Source: Bacteroidota bacterium
GTDB taxonomy: Bacteria > Bacteroidota > Bacteroidia > UKL13-3
Assembly (NCBI GenBank): GCA_947492885.1
Contig: CANLPK010000001.1
Coordinates: forward strand, 36,852-100,851
Length of the DNA stretch: 64,000 bases
Direction of reading: 5' to 3'
Made by a program: the position numbers and the translations under genes. Every line of letters begins with the position of its first letter. The first letter of the stretch is position 1. Below the pieces are notes generated by a model. That model searched no databases. It saw nothing but the letters and a program-made list of their open reading frames with translations, and was not told the origin of the DNA. Of the stretch, positions 27,401 through 36,314 are shown one piece after another.

Positions 27401-27518
27401 GGGTGGCAAAAACAATACGACGCCATTGCCCGAAGGCGTTTATTATTATACCCTTAAGGTGACCAATTTCAAAGGGGATGTCACCAATAAAAAGGGCGAT
27501 GTAACCATTATCCGATAA
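24456..27518 (+). CDS. giant exported beta-propeller-repeat / PKD-domain protein with a T9SS type-B (gliding-motility-associated, CHU_C-like) C-terminal domain
   Basis: The start was trimmed from TTG to the ATG at 24456. Signal peptide present. SBBP-like repeats (YLGG...D.A, NNFPVS/T). Two PKD modules (YYWDFGDGTTDTTQDPTHLYQTPGTYKIRLI and YLWDFGDGVLDSTTEKPKHIYSASGKYTLILYV). C-terminal PNVFTPNGDGKNDFFEV...IYTRWGQLVF...WWGG. Confidence 0.8.
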   Translation: MIHERKPLHIAFLLLACFCYGTLHAQKKMVRPHPSSALSFVKNIGQWQEPFLYKTNLPNGSLYLDKSGLTFNFINSQSAETLHQMMHHYFAVDTLKELTAYFHAFKMNFVNANPDLNIREEEKQPTYHNYYLGNNSAQWKSEVPLFNKLVYEQVYSGIDYELYSAGNTFKYNFVLQPKANSQQISMRYSGCDLKLIDGKLHINTSVNEMTEAEPYAYQYVQGKIIKIPCSFVLKNNEVSFQLGEYNTNETLVIDPILVFATYSGSTVDNFGFSAAFDSKECLFSAGITTRGIGYPVTTGAFQSKFQGGSNRIVFNGVDIKFGWDITISKYDSSGANLLYATYLGGKENEYPHSLLLDKSDNLIVLGTTCSNNFPHTINAFDTILNANGDTASTDLFLARFNTLGALVASTFIGGSDYDGNNMGADLQYNYADEFRGDVIADNDNNYYIGSVTASNNFPTKNAFQGSKKTLHDGVVFKIDSNLSKLYWSTYFGGDDDDAIYSIDLDKQDNIYVSGGTKSNNFPVSTNAYQKNLGGYVDGFISKFSNDGQVVIASTYIGTANYDQVYFIEIDKNGNAFGTGQTEGNFPVSSGVYSIANGSQFLIKLDPDLKTRLRSTVFGSGRLQSGKPYPDISPTAFLVDNCDLVYVCGWGSDLGLKHPGSSKDLLVSATTPPLYSTTDNNDFYIIVFNRDFGSVKFNTYFGENGGEDHVDGGTNRFDKKGIIYASVCASCGGTSGFPTTPNAKFPTNLSPRCSNAAFKIDFQLQTSIIAAFRPTPRISCAPQVIAMNSKNKAVRYYWDFGDGTTDTTQDPTHLYQTPGTYKIRLICEDTNTCNRFDTIYDEVTLLDVSKASFSYDISFCENSIVLKNESKNQIKYLWDFGDGVLDSTTEKPKHIYSASGKYTLILYVNRGFLCTDSMVKTIDFDQFKPTPPIVPNVFTPNGDGKNDFFEVGGINPKCDSMEMKIYTRWGQLVFETKEVGNWWGGKNNTTPLPEGVYYYTLKVTNFKGDVTNKKGDVTIIR

Positions 27519-27625
27519 TCATTTCTCTAATAAAATAGTTGCTAAATTTCTTGGGAAGTATTTTCAATACACCCATGATTTAACATCTTCTTCATCTGCA
27601 AGTTGCGTATTTTTACCTCCCTAAA

Positions 27626-28594
27626 ATGAAATTTAAATTCAGTATTCTTAGCATTGCAACCGTGCTCCTTATTATTAGTTCGGCATGGGGCTTCTTTGCA
27701 CACAAAACCATCAATCGATTGGCCGTATTTACTTTGCCAGAGCCTATCGTGGGCTTCTATAAGCAAAATATAGAGTATATCACCGACCAGGCTACAGCAG
27801 CAGATAAGCGCCGATACAGCGACCCTAAGGAAGCACCTCGCCACTATATCGACCTCGATCATTTTGAGCAATGCCTACCCATTGATACCATGCCTTTCTT
27901 CTGGGATAGGGCTAAAGAAAAATTTACCGAAGACACCCTCAATGCCTATGGGATTGTTCCTTGGATTATCAACTGGAAGATGCGTGAACTCACCCAGGCT
28001 TTCAAAGACAAGAACAAAGAAAGAATTTTACGATTGAGTGCAGATCTTGGCCATTATATCGGTGACGCGCACGTGCCACTTCATACCTCTGAAAACTATG
28101 ATGGACAAATGACCGACCAAAAAGGGATTCATGGATTTTGGGAAAGCCGCGTACCGGAAGTATCCTATACACAATACGATTTTTTTGTAGGCACCGCCGA
28201 ATATCTCGATAGTCCTTTTTATAATGTATGGAAGGCAGTGAAGGAAAGTTTCAATGCACGTGATAGCGTTTTGCGTTTCGAAAAAATGCTCAGTGCAAAA
28301 TATGCCGACGATAAAAAATACACGCTGGTTGCTAAAGGTGCCACCATGGTAAAAGGCTATAGTGAAGAATATACCAAAGCTTACGAGCAAATGCTGAACG
28401 GCATGGTAGAACGCCGTTTCAGGGCGTCTATTAAATTGGTTGGAAGCGTTTGGTATACCTGTTGGGTAAATGCAGGCCAGCCCAATTTGGATGGGATGAG
28501 CGATACACCATTAACCGAAGAACAAAAGAAGAATCTAAATGCTGAAGAAGAACAATACAAGAAAGGAAAAGTAATTGGGAGGCCAGAGAATTGA
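27626..28594 (+). CDS. zinc-dependent phospholipase C / S1-P1 nuclease superfamily protein (exported)
   Basis: The signal peptide ends in ...SSAWGFFAHK, with Trp as the likely mature N-terminus, as in this metalloenzyme superfamily. Metal-ligand block HYIGDAHVPLHTSENYDG. Confidence 0.65.
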   Translation: MKFKFSILSIATVLLIISSAWGFFAHKTINRLAVFTLPEPIVGFYKQNIEYITDQATAADKRRYSDPKEAPRHYIDLDHFEQCLPIDTMPFFWDRAKEKFTEDTLNAYGIVPWIINWKMRELTQAFKDKNKERILRLSADLGHYIGDAHVPLHTSENYDGQMTDQKGIHGFWESRVPEVSYTQYDFFVGTAEYLDSPFYNVWKAVKESFNARDSVLRFEKMLSAKYADDKKYTLVAKGATMVKGYSEEYTKAYEQMLNGMVERRFRASIKLVGSVWYTCWVNAGQPNLDGMSDTPLTEEQKKNLNAEEEQYKKGKVIGRPEN

Positions 28595-28704
28595 AATTAA
28601 TTATAGTAGGGCTTCTATTTTCTTAGAACTGAATATAAGGCCTCTCTAAATTTTAATAGTTAGATTACTAATAATAGAAGCTTAAAACGAACGACAATAA
28701 ACAC

Positions 28705-30363
28705 ATGTTACTACATTTAAAAATTAAGAATTATATTTTAATCAAAGACCTGGATATTGATTTCGAGGAAGGGTTTGCTGTGATTACGGGGGAGACGGGT
28801 GCTGGAAAATCTATCCTATTGGGCGCTTTGGGGCTCATTTTGGGCGAGAGGGCGGAAAGCAAACAACTTTTCAACGACCGAGAAAAATGTGTGATAGAGG
28901 GTACTTTCAATATTCGTGATTATGATTTGAAATCCTTCTTTGAAGAGAAAAATTTAGATTACGATAACCAAACCATTTTGAGAAGAGAGGTTTCCGAAAA
29001 TGGGAAATCAAGAGCTTTCATTAACGATACACCAGTAACACTTGCCGACTTAAAAGAGCTGGGCATTCGACTGGTTGATATTCACTCTCAGCATGAAACG
29101 CTTCAATTGAATTCTGCGAAATATCAAATTGGCTTTATTGATTCGTATTGTGGTAATAAGCCACTTGTTCAACAATACTATGGCCAATACCGCCAATACC
29201 GGATTATGCAGATGGAATTGCAATCACTGCTTGAGCAAGAGTCGCAGATGAAAAAGGATTTGGATTATTATCAGTTTCAGTTTAATGAACTGCATGAGAC
29301 CCAATTGAATGAGGATGAATATGAGAATATCCAACTAGAAATTGAAGTCTTAAATAATGCCGAAGAAATAAAAAACAGTGCAATCAATGCATCGAATATC
29401 TTGTTGGAACAAGAATTCAATGTGCTTGATCAAATCAACGAGATAAGACAATTATTATCAAGCGTGGCCAAGTATCATGCGCCTTTGGCCTCCTTGCATG
29501 AGCGCGTACAAAGTGCAGGAATTGAACTCAAGGATATTGCCCGCGACTTACAACATATAGCCGACAGTACTTTTGCCGATGCTGAAAAAATTGCTATTTA
29601 CAATCAGAAACTACAAACCGTTTTCAATCTTCAAAAGAAACATCAAGTACAAAGTGTTGGCGATTTATTAAAAATCTATCAGGAACTGGAAGAGCGAATA
29701 AATAGTATCACGGGCTTTGATGATAAAATTTCAGAATTAAAATCGGGTATAGTTCAATTAGAATCGAGCTTAAAAGCAACAGCCATTTCTTTAAGTGATC
29801 AACGCAAAGCGGCCATGCCAAAAATTATTGATGCATTGCAACAACTATTGCATCAAGTTGGATTAGTGAATGCAGTGGTACAATTTGAGCACCTCATCAC
29901 CGAGAACAATTATAATGATACAGGCATCGATAAAATTCAATTGATGTTTACTGGCAATAAAGGAAGTGCCTTGGCACCAATTCACAAGGCAGCCAGTGGC
30001 GGTGAGCTCTCCCGATTGATGTTGTGTATTAAATATCTGATGGCACAAACGACCCTTTTGCCAACTTTAATTTTTGATGAGATAGATACTGGTGTGAGTG
30101 GTGAAGTAGCGATGAAGGTGGGAGCTATCATGCAACAGATGGCCAAGAAACATCAATTGTTTGCGATAACACATTTGCCTCAAATTGCGAGCAAGGGCAC
30201 CCATCATTATTTTGTATACAAACAATTGCATAACGATATTACAGTCAGTCATATACGTAAGCTTAATGATAATGAGCGCACTATTGAAGTGGCTAAAATG
30301 TTAGGAGGGGAGAAACCATCAGAATCGGCTTTGGCCAATGCCAAAGAATTATTAGCCGGATAA
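28705..30363 (+). CDS. recN: DNA repair protein RecN
   Basis: N-terminal Walker A GETGAGKSILLGAL, long central coiled coil, C-terminal signature ASGGELSRLML and Walker B LIFDEIDTG. Confidence 0.95.
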   Translation: MLLHLKIKNYILIKDLDIDFEEGFAVITGETGAGKSILLGALGLILGERAESKQLFNDREKCVIEGTFNIRDYDLKSFFEEKNLDYDNQTILRREVSENGKSRAFINDTPVTLADLKELGIRLVDIHSQHETLQLNSAKYQIGFIDSYCGNKPLVQQYYGQYRQYRIMQMELQSLLEQESQMKKDLDYYQFQFNELHETQLNEDEYENIQLEIEVLNNAEEIKNSAINASNILLEQEFNVLDQINEIRQLLSSVAKYHAPLASLHERVQSAGIELKDIARDLQHIADSTFADAEKIAIYNQKLQTVFNLQKKHQVQSVGDLLKIYQELEERINSITGFDDKISELKSGIVQLESSLKATAISLSDQRKAAMPKIIDALQQLLHQVGLVNAVVQFEHLITENNYNDTGIDKIQLMFTGNKGSALAPIHKAASGGELSRLMLCIKYLMAQTTLLPTLIFDEIDTGVSGEVAMKVGAIMQQMAKKHQLFAITHLPQIASKGTHHYFVYKQLHNDITVSHIRKLNDNERTIEVAKMLGGEKPSESALANAKELLAG

Positions 30364-30751
30364 ACCATTCGAATATTGCATCAGAAATCTTGTTTTTTTA
30401 AGCAATTCTTATTTCATATTTCTTCAAAAATATTTCTATTCCAATTCTTCAAAAGATGATCAAGGTCATCATTTATTTATCAACAATTTTCCAGTTTTTT
30501 TAGCTTAGAGGGGGTGTTGCATTTTTGGACACTATCCAATTTTGGTATTTATAAAGCATTTTTTGAGTCCAAATCCGATTCTATTTATACTCTGAAACAC
30601 CTAATTTTATTGAGCTTCAGTGTACACGGCAATAAACACCGTGTATTTAAAAAATAAATAAATAAAATATTTTTTTATTTAAATTCCATGTTTATAATTA
30701 CAAAAGTTTTTATCCAATTAAAAGAAACAAAAGCGTATAAAACTAGTATTT

Positions 30752-33700
30752 ATGAAAGGTATTTTTATAAGAAAAAAAAGCTTCGTAACAATTTTGACTC
30801 TAATTCTGAGTCACACGTTATTCTCTCAGGTAGGAAAATTGGCCTTTATTCAAAATAAGGGACAATGGCCATCTGACATCAAATTCAAAACAGATTTTAT
30901 TGGAGGACAAGCGCTGGCAACAACAAGTGGAATGTTGGTAGGCTTGTTTGATTCAGCTTCTTTAATGCAAAGACAAGAATGGGGGCTGCTTACAGAAGAT
31001 CACTACACAGGGAATCAGTATTTTGAAGAACATCCTCAAATGCCTGACTTAAAAGGCCATGGTTGGAGATACCATTTCCTAAATGCAAATCTCACAACGA
31101 TGATTGAAAGTAAGTTTGAAAGCAAAGATTTTTATAATTTCTGGATTGGTGATGTTAGCCAGCATGCAAGTAAAGTAAGAAGCTACGAGGAAATCACTTA
31201 TAAGGAAGTATATCAAGGAGTTGATGTTAAGTATTATACTGCTCCTGATGGTTATCTTGAGAATGATATCATTGTTAAGCCGTTTGCTAATGCAAATAAT
31301 ATCTTATTTGAATTAGAAGGTATTGATGAGCTATCACTCAATGCTTCAGGTGGTTTGGTTTTAACTACTACCGTTGGTGAAGTCATTGTACCGGCACCAA
31401 TAAGTTATTTAATTGATTCAAAAGGAAATAAAACACCCATCTTGGTAAGCTTTATTTTAGAAAACAAGCGTGTACGATTTTCTATTCCTGTTTATGATAA
31501 TAGCAAAACCTTAGTAATTGACCCAATTGTATTAAGATGGGCTTCTTGGGCTACAAATAATACATCGGCTGCAAGTGGCGCTAATGCACATAACCATGGG
31601 GCTGGGATTGACTCATTGGGAAATTTATATATCGCAGGAAAGTTTGATAATACGGGTTTAATTACTGTTGGTGCATTTAAAGCTACTTCTGGAGGAGGTC
31701 AAGATATTTTCGCAGGAAAATATACTGAGCCTACTACTCCAGGAGGAACTGGAAGTCGTATTTGGCAAACATATATTGGAGGCATTTATACGGAAAATTG
31801 TAATGCTGTTGAAATGGGAACCGATGGTTATATGTTTTTAGCTTGTAAAACCACTTCTGACATTTCGAAAACGATGGGTACTGGATTTACTGCTGGGAGC
31901 TGGTCACAGCGAACCGCTTCGGCAGGTACAATTGCGCAGGCATTGCTATTAAAACTTGACCTTCAAGGTAATGGGGCTTTGGCGCGTGAAATTGGTTCTG
32001 TTTCAAGAGATTATGGTTTTGAAGCAAATGATGTTCGAAGCTTAAAAACGGGGGTTACTAAATCAAGTTATCACTTAATTTTAGCTGGTCAAGGAACGCA
32101 TCCTAAAAATATTGGAGTGGCGGATGGTGATTTTCCTGCTCCAAAAACACCTGCGGGCACTACCTATACAACGCCGAATACTACCAAGGAGGAAAACGCG
32201 CTCATTATGAGAATCACGAATAATTTCGACAGTATTTATTGGGTACGTAATATTGGCTCTGATTCTGTTACTGCAAAGGATGACTATATTAATATTGTTA
32301 AAGTAGATAATGCTGGTAATATTTATGCAGGTGGTGCAACGAATGCGACACAATGTATTTCATATAAAAACCCATCTACACAAACTACGCTCGTTGGAAC
32401 GCTTGACGGTTGGCTTATGAAAATGAATAGTAGTGGTGTGGTTCAATGGTCGCGTTATTATAATAGTAAGACTGCTTCGAATGATACCACTAATATTCTT
32501 TGTATGGAGTTGAATAGCACAGATACTGCCATAATTATAGGAGGAATAACCACCGGTTTGGCTGCAGCCAATATTACAACCGGTGTGGTTCAAGCAACTT
32601 ATGGAGGTGGACTATATGATTTTTTCCTAGCAAAAATCCCAACAAGAGGAAATGCCACCACCTGGGGAACTTATTATGGTGGCTCGGGTGAAGAAACTAA
32701 TTTAATGGGATTAAATTTAGATGTTAATGATGATGTTTATTTTCTAGGTTATACTAGGTCAACGAATTATATTACAGCTTCCAATCCAATACAAGCAGTA
32801 AATTACGGAAGTGTAGATGCCGTGGTTACAAAGCTCAATTCCCTTGGAACTACTACTATGTATGGAACTTATTTTGGTGGAAGCAGTGGAGATAACGACC
32901 CAATTGGCCAGAGAGGTATCATCGTTTCAGGCTGTAGAATATATTTAGCAATTTCATCACAATCTAACGATAATCCATTTACCTCCTCTACATTAACGCC
33001 GACGAGGGTTTCAGTGAGTATTATTGAGCCAATTGTTGTTTCAATGGCAAATCCACCCGATTTGAATGGAAATAAAATCAATTCAAATCAAACGATCTCA
33101 TGCGGACAAACGCCTTCAACTTTAACAGCAGGAATTCCTACTTATAATATCGCAGATATTAGCAGAAATGCGATTGCACAAACTTCTGGAACTGCAGGTG
33201 CATATCCGTCAGGTAAGCCTACTCCATCAGGTTACCAATGGCAAAAAAGTATTGATTATAGATTTACTTGGACAAATATATCAGGGGCTGTAAGTCAGAA
33301 TTATAGCCCTCCAGCTACTGTTCAAACCACTTATTATAGAAGGGTTGTTTCTGGTGACTATTGTGTGCCAAATGATTCAGTAGCAGCAATCATCGTAACT
33401 GGGGGGCCAAGTGTTTCTCCAACTGTTACTTGTGCGGCAAGTACAGTTTCCTTCTTTGCAAATCCAACAGGTGGTTCAGGTTCTAATACATTTGTATGGT
33501 CTGGTCCATTATCATTCTCTTCTACTTTACAAAACCCTCAGATTCTTTCTGCTACAAGTGCTGTGAATGGATATTATACAGTAACCGTTACTGATGTTGC
33601 AGGTTGTAAGAATACTAAAACATTCTACTTCGATTTTGGGTCATGTTCATATAGCGTTGTACTAAGTGTATCACTTTTAACCTTTGATGCAGTTAAAGTA

Positions 33701-34219
33701 GGTTCGAAGTCAAAGTTATTATGGCAAACAGTAAATGAACATAATAGTGAATCATTTATTGTTCAACGCAGTGCTAATGGAATTGATTGGACTGAAATAG
33801 GAATACTTGAGGCGGCAGGAAATTCTTCTGTAACGAAAGGATACCAATTCATTGATGTGGCGCCACTCGTAGGCAAAAACATATACCGATTAAAAGTAAC
33901 TGAATTAGGTGGAAAATTTCAATATTCTTCAGCCAAGAATTTAACTTTTGAAGGTTTAAACACCGCACGAATAAATCAAGTTACCCCGAATCCATTTCAA
34001 AACTCACTAATGGTTAATTATAATATTATTGAGAATGCAAATGTCAGTATTGAAATTTTAGATGCTCAAGGTAGAATACTAAGTATTACTAATGAAGTGG
34101 CACAAAAGGGAGAAAATACCGTTACAATTAATACTTCTGAATTAACTAAAGGGATCTACTTTATTACGGTAAAATGTAATGAGGTGAATACAGGGTATAA
34201 AAAATTAATTAAGGAATAA
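30752..34219 (+). CDS. giant exported beta-propeller-repeat (SBBP-like) protein with a T9SS type-A CTD
   Basis: 1155 aa with a signal peptide. The N-terminal module is paralogous to the 24456 protein (FIQNKGQWPSDIKFKT / FVKNIGQWQEPFLYKT, and ...TLVIDPI...). It has repeated YYGG/YFGG...D motifs, Ig-like segments, and C-terminal VTPNPFQNSLMVNY...LTKGIYFITVK. Confidence 0.75.
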   Translation: MKGIFIRKKSFVTILTLILSHTLFSQVGKLAFIQNKGQWPSDIKFKTDFIGGQALATTSGMLVGLFDSASLMQRQEWGLLTEDHYTGNQYFEEHPQMPDLKGHGWRYHFLNANLTTMIESKFESKDFYNFWIGDVSQHASKVRSYEEITYKEVYQGVDVKYYTAPDGYLENDIIVKPFANANNILFELEGIDELSLNASGGLVLTTTVGEVIVPAPISYLIDSKGNKTPILVSFILENKRVRFSIPVYDNSKTLVIDPIVLRWASWATNNTSAASGANAHNHGAGIDSLGNLYIAGKFDNTGLITVGAFKATSGGGQDIFAGKYTEPTTPGGTGSRIWQTYIGGIYTENCNAVEMGTDGYMFLACKTTSDISKTMGTGFTAGSWSQRTASAGTIAQALLLKLDLQGNGALAREIGSVSRDYGFEANDVRSLKTGVTKSSYHLILAGQGTHPKNIGVADGDFPAPKTPAGTTYTTPNTTKEENALIMRITNNFDSIYWVRNIGSDSVTAKDDYINIVKVDNAGNIYAGGATNATQCISYKNPSTQTTLVGTLDGWLMKMNSSGVVQWSRYYNSKTASNDTTNILCMELNSTDTAIIIGGITTGLAAANITTGVVQATYGGGLYDFFLAKIPTRGNATTWGTYYGGSGEETNLMGLNLDVNDDVYFLGYTRSTNYITASNPIQAVNYGSVDAVVTKLNSLGTTTMYGTYFGGSSGDNDPIGQRGIIVSGCRIYLAISSQSNDNPFTSSTLTPTRVSVSIIEPIVVSMANPPDLNGNKINSNQTISCGQTPSTLTAGIPTYNIADISRNAIAQTSGTAGAYPSGKPTPSGYQWQKSIDYRFTWTNISGAVSQNYSPPATVQTTYYRRVVSGDYCVPNDSVAAIIVTGGPSVSPTVTCAASTVSFFANPTGGSGSNTFVWSGPLSFSSTLQNPQILSATSAVNGYYTVTVTDVAGCKNTKTFYFDFGSCSYSVVLSVSLLTFDAVKVGSKSKLLWQTVNEHNSESFIVQRSANGIDWTEIGILEAAGNSSVTKGYQFIDVAPLVGKNIYRLKVTELGGKFQYSSAKNLTFEGLNTARINQVTPNPFQNSLMVNYNIIENANVSIEILDAQGRILSITNEVAQKGENTVTINTSELTKGIYFITVKCNEVNTGYKKLIKE

Positions 34220-34336
34220 CAAAACTCATTACAACAACAATAAACTAAATTATTAGCAACTTTTACTGTACGATTTAGGTATTAGAAAATTAAAAAACTA
34301 GCATCAGAATCATTACTGTAACAATTTTAAATTATC

Positions 34337-36286
34337 ATGAACACACTAAAAAATTATTCTCGAATCACTTTGTTTTTAATTCTATGGTTAGGAAGTTATG
34401 CCATAGTAACTGCCAATGTTATTAACGTTTCATCAGTAGCTGCATTGCAATCTGCAAGCAATAGTGCTTCAGCAGGGGATACCATTAAATTAGCAAATGG
34501 CACGTACCTCAACAACTCGTTAACGCTTAGCACAAGTAATATTACTGTGATGCCTGTTACCAATGGAGGGGTTTATTTGAATGGTACCAATGCGATAAGT
34601 ATTTCAGGTAATTACATTACTTTTAGTGGATTTCAATTCACTTCTGGAAGTATTGCAGGATTTATTATTGAAGTAACAGGAAGTCATAATTTATTAACTC
34701 AGTTAAATTTCAATGGGTATTCAGCTCAAAAATATATTAACCTTAAGAATACGGGTACATATAACGAAATTTCATATTGTAATTTTGAAGCCAAACCAAC
34801 TACAGCGCCAATTGGGAATTTGATTCATGTAAGTCCGCACGCCACGAATCCAGGCTATCATAAAATTCGTTATAATTCATTTCAGAATATGCCAGGAGCT
34901 GGAGGAGATAATGGAAACGAATGTATTCGTCTTAGTAACGGAGCAACATCTACCTATGTTTCACGAACAGTGGTAGAATACAACTTCTTCAAGAATACGG
35001 GCATGGGTGATAGTGAAGCCATCTCGGTGAAGTGCACCGAAAATGTATTACGCTATAATACATTTGTTGATAATCCAGATGCGATGTTGACATTTCGCAA
35101 TGGAAACAATAATGTTGCTTATGGTAATTTCTTTATCCGTTCGGGTGGTATTCGTGTAAAAGAAGCAAATAATATATTTTGTTATAATAATTATTTTGAA
35201 AATGCTGGCTTAGGAAGTATGAATGCAGTGACCTATATATATATAAGCCCTAATTTAAGTAATATTAATTTCATTCACAATACTTTCTACGAATGTGGAA
35301 TGATTGATTTGGCAAGTGGAGCAACTGGCAACACTTGGGCAAATAATATATTTAAAAAGACTACTGGTAATATTTTTATGGGCTCTCCAGCAGGGATCTC
35401 ATGGGCGGGTAATATTTATAGTGGAACATTAGGTGTAACTATTGCCTCTGGAATGACCAATGCTAATCCTTTATTAACGCCGAATGCAGATGGTTATCAA
35501 AGTATTTCATCTTCTAGTCCGGCTATAAATTCTGCGAGCAGTAGCTATCCATCTATTTTAAATATTGCAAGTGTAGATGACGACCCAACTTTATTGCAAG
35601 ATATTAGCAATCAAAGCCGACCAACAACTGTAACTCAAAAAGATGTAGGTTGTGATGAATACAGCACAAGTTCCACAGCGAATCATCCATTGTCATTATA
35701 CGAAGTAGGCCCTACCTATTTGATAGTCCCACTTCCTGTCACAATGACTTCATTTGATGTTAATGCAAAGAATAACAAAGCTATTGTTAATTGGTCAACA
35801 TCATCTGAACAAAACAGCAGCACTTTTGATGTAGAAAAATCACAAGATGGAAAACACTTTGTTAAAATAGCCACCGTAGAAGCAGCTCATAATTCATACA
35901 TTCAAGTAAACTATTCATATACCGATGGATCGCTTAATGATGGAGTTACCTATTATAGATTAAAACAAATTGACTTGAATGGGAAATTTGAATATACCAA
36001 AATCGCAAAATTAAATTATAACGGAAGTAATGTTCTTAAGGTATACCCTAGTCCTGCATCCGATAAATTAAATCTTCAATTTGAGACTCCTCCAACACCA
36101 ACGTCTACAGTAAAGATTTTCAATCAGAGTGGTCAGGTTGTTAAAGAAGAGTCATTTGATATGCTTAAGAAATTAAGCAGTTCTTCTTTACAATGTGATA
36201 TTAGTAATTTATTAGAAGGTATCTACTTCATTCAAATTCTGGATGCCGAATCATTCCAGTCATTAAAATTTATCATTAAAAGATAA
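34337..36286 (+). CDS. polysaccharide lyase family 6-like (chondroitinase-B / alginate lyase-type beta-helix) protein with a T9SS type-A CTD
   Basis: Signal peptide. The N-terminal V.V.S...LQ.A...A..GDTI.LANGTY is typical of PL6. It has a GDNGNECIRLSNG block and DSEAISVKCTENVLRYNTF...LTFRNG, a Lys/Arg pair at about the spacing of the PL6 catalytic residues. An extra ~100-aa module precedes the CTD (VYPSPASDKLNLQF...GIYFIQILD). Confidence 0.7.
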   Translation: MNTLKNYSRITLFLILWLGSYAIVTANVINVSSVAALQSASNSASAGDTIKLANGTYLNNSLTLSTSNITVMPVTNGGVYLNGTNAISISGNYITFSGFQFTSGSIAGFIIEVTGSHNLLTQLNFNGYSAQKYINLKNTGTYNEISYCNFEAKPTTAPIGNLIHVSPHATNPGYHKIRYNSFQNMPGAGGDNGNECIRLSNGATSTYVSRTVVEYNFFKNTGMGDSEAISVKCTENVLRYNTFVDNPDAMLTFRNGNNNVAYGNFFIRSGGIRVKEANNIFCYNNYFENAGLGSMNAVTYIYISPNLSNINFIHNTFYECGMIDLASGATGNTWANNIFKKTTGNIFMGSPAGISWAGNIYSGTLGVTIASGMTNANPLLTPNADGYQSISSSSPAINSASSSYPSILNIASVDDDPTLLQDISNQSRPTTVTQKDVGCDEYSTSSTANHPLSLYEVGPTYLIVPLPVTMTSFDVNAKNNKAIVNWSTSSEQNSSTFDVEKSQDGKHFVKIATVEAAHNSYIQVNYSYTDGSLNDGVTYYRLKQIDLNGKFEYTKIAKLNYNGSNVLKVYPSPASDKLNLQFETPPTPTSTVKIFNQSGQVVKEESFDMLKKLSSSSLQCDISNLLEGIYFIQILDAESFQSLKFIIKR

Positions 36287-36314
36287 TTCTAATTGGAATT
36301 TTGAAAGTACCTAT

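Noticed and set aside
27542-27871. 109-aa minus-strand ORF overlapping the 5' end of the Zn-dependent PLC/nuclease-like gene.
   Set aside because: It overlaps a gene that has a clear signal peptide and metal-binding motifs. It has no motif or plausible start context of its own.
30364-30751. Hairpin ACACGG...CCGTGT (about 30623-30647) and other short inverted repeats in the 388-bp region after recN, considered as a terminator or riboswitch.
   Set aside because: The stem is only 6 bp with a 9-nt loop and no following U-tract. I could not see any recognisable riboswitch core. It is best left as unannotated promoter/leader DNA of the 30752 gene.
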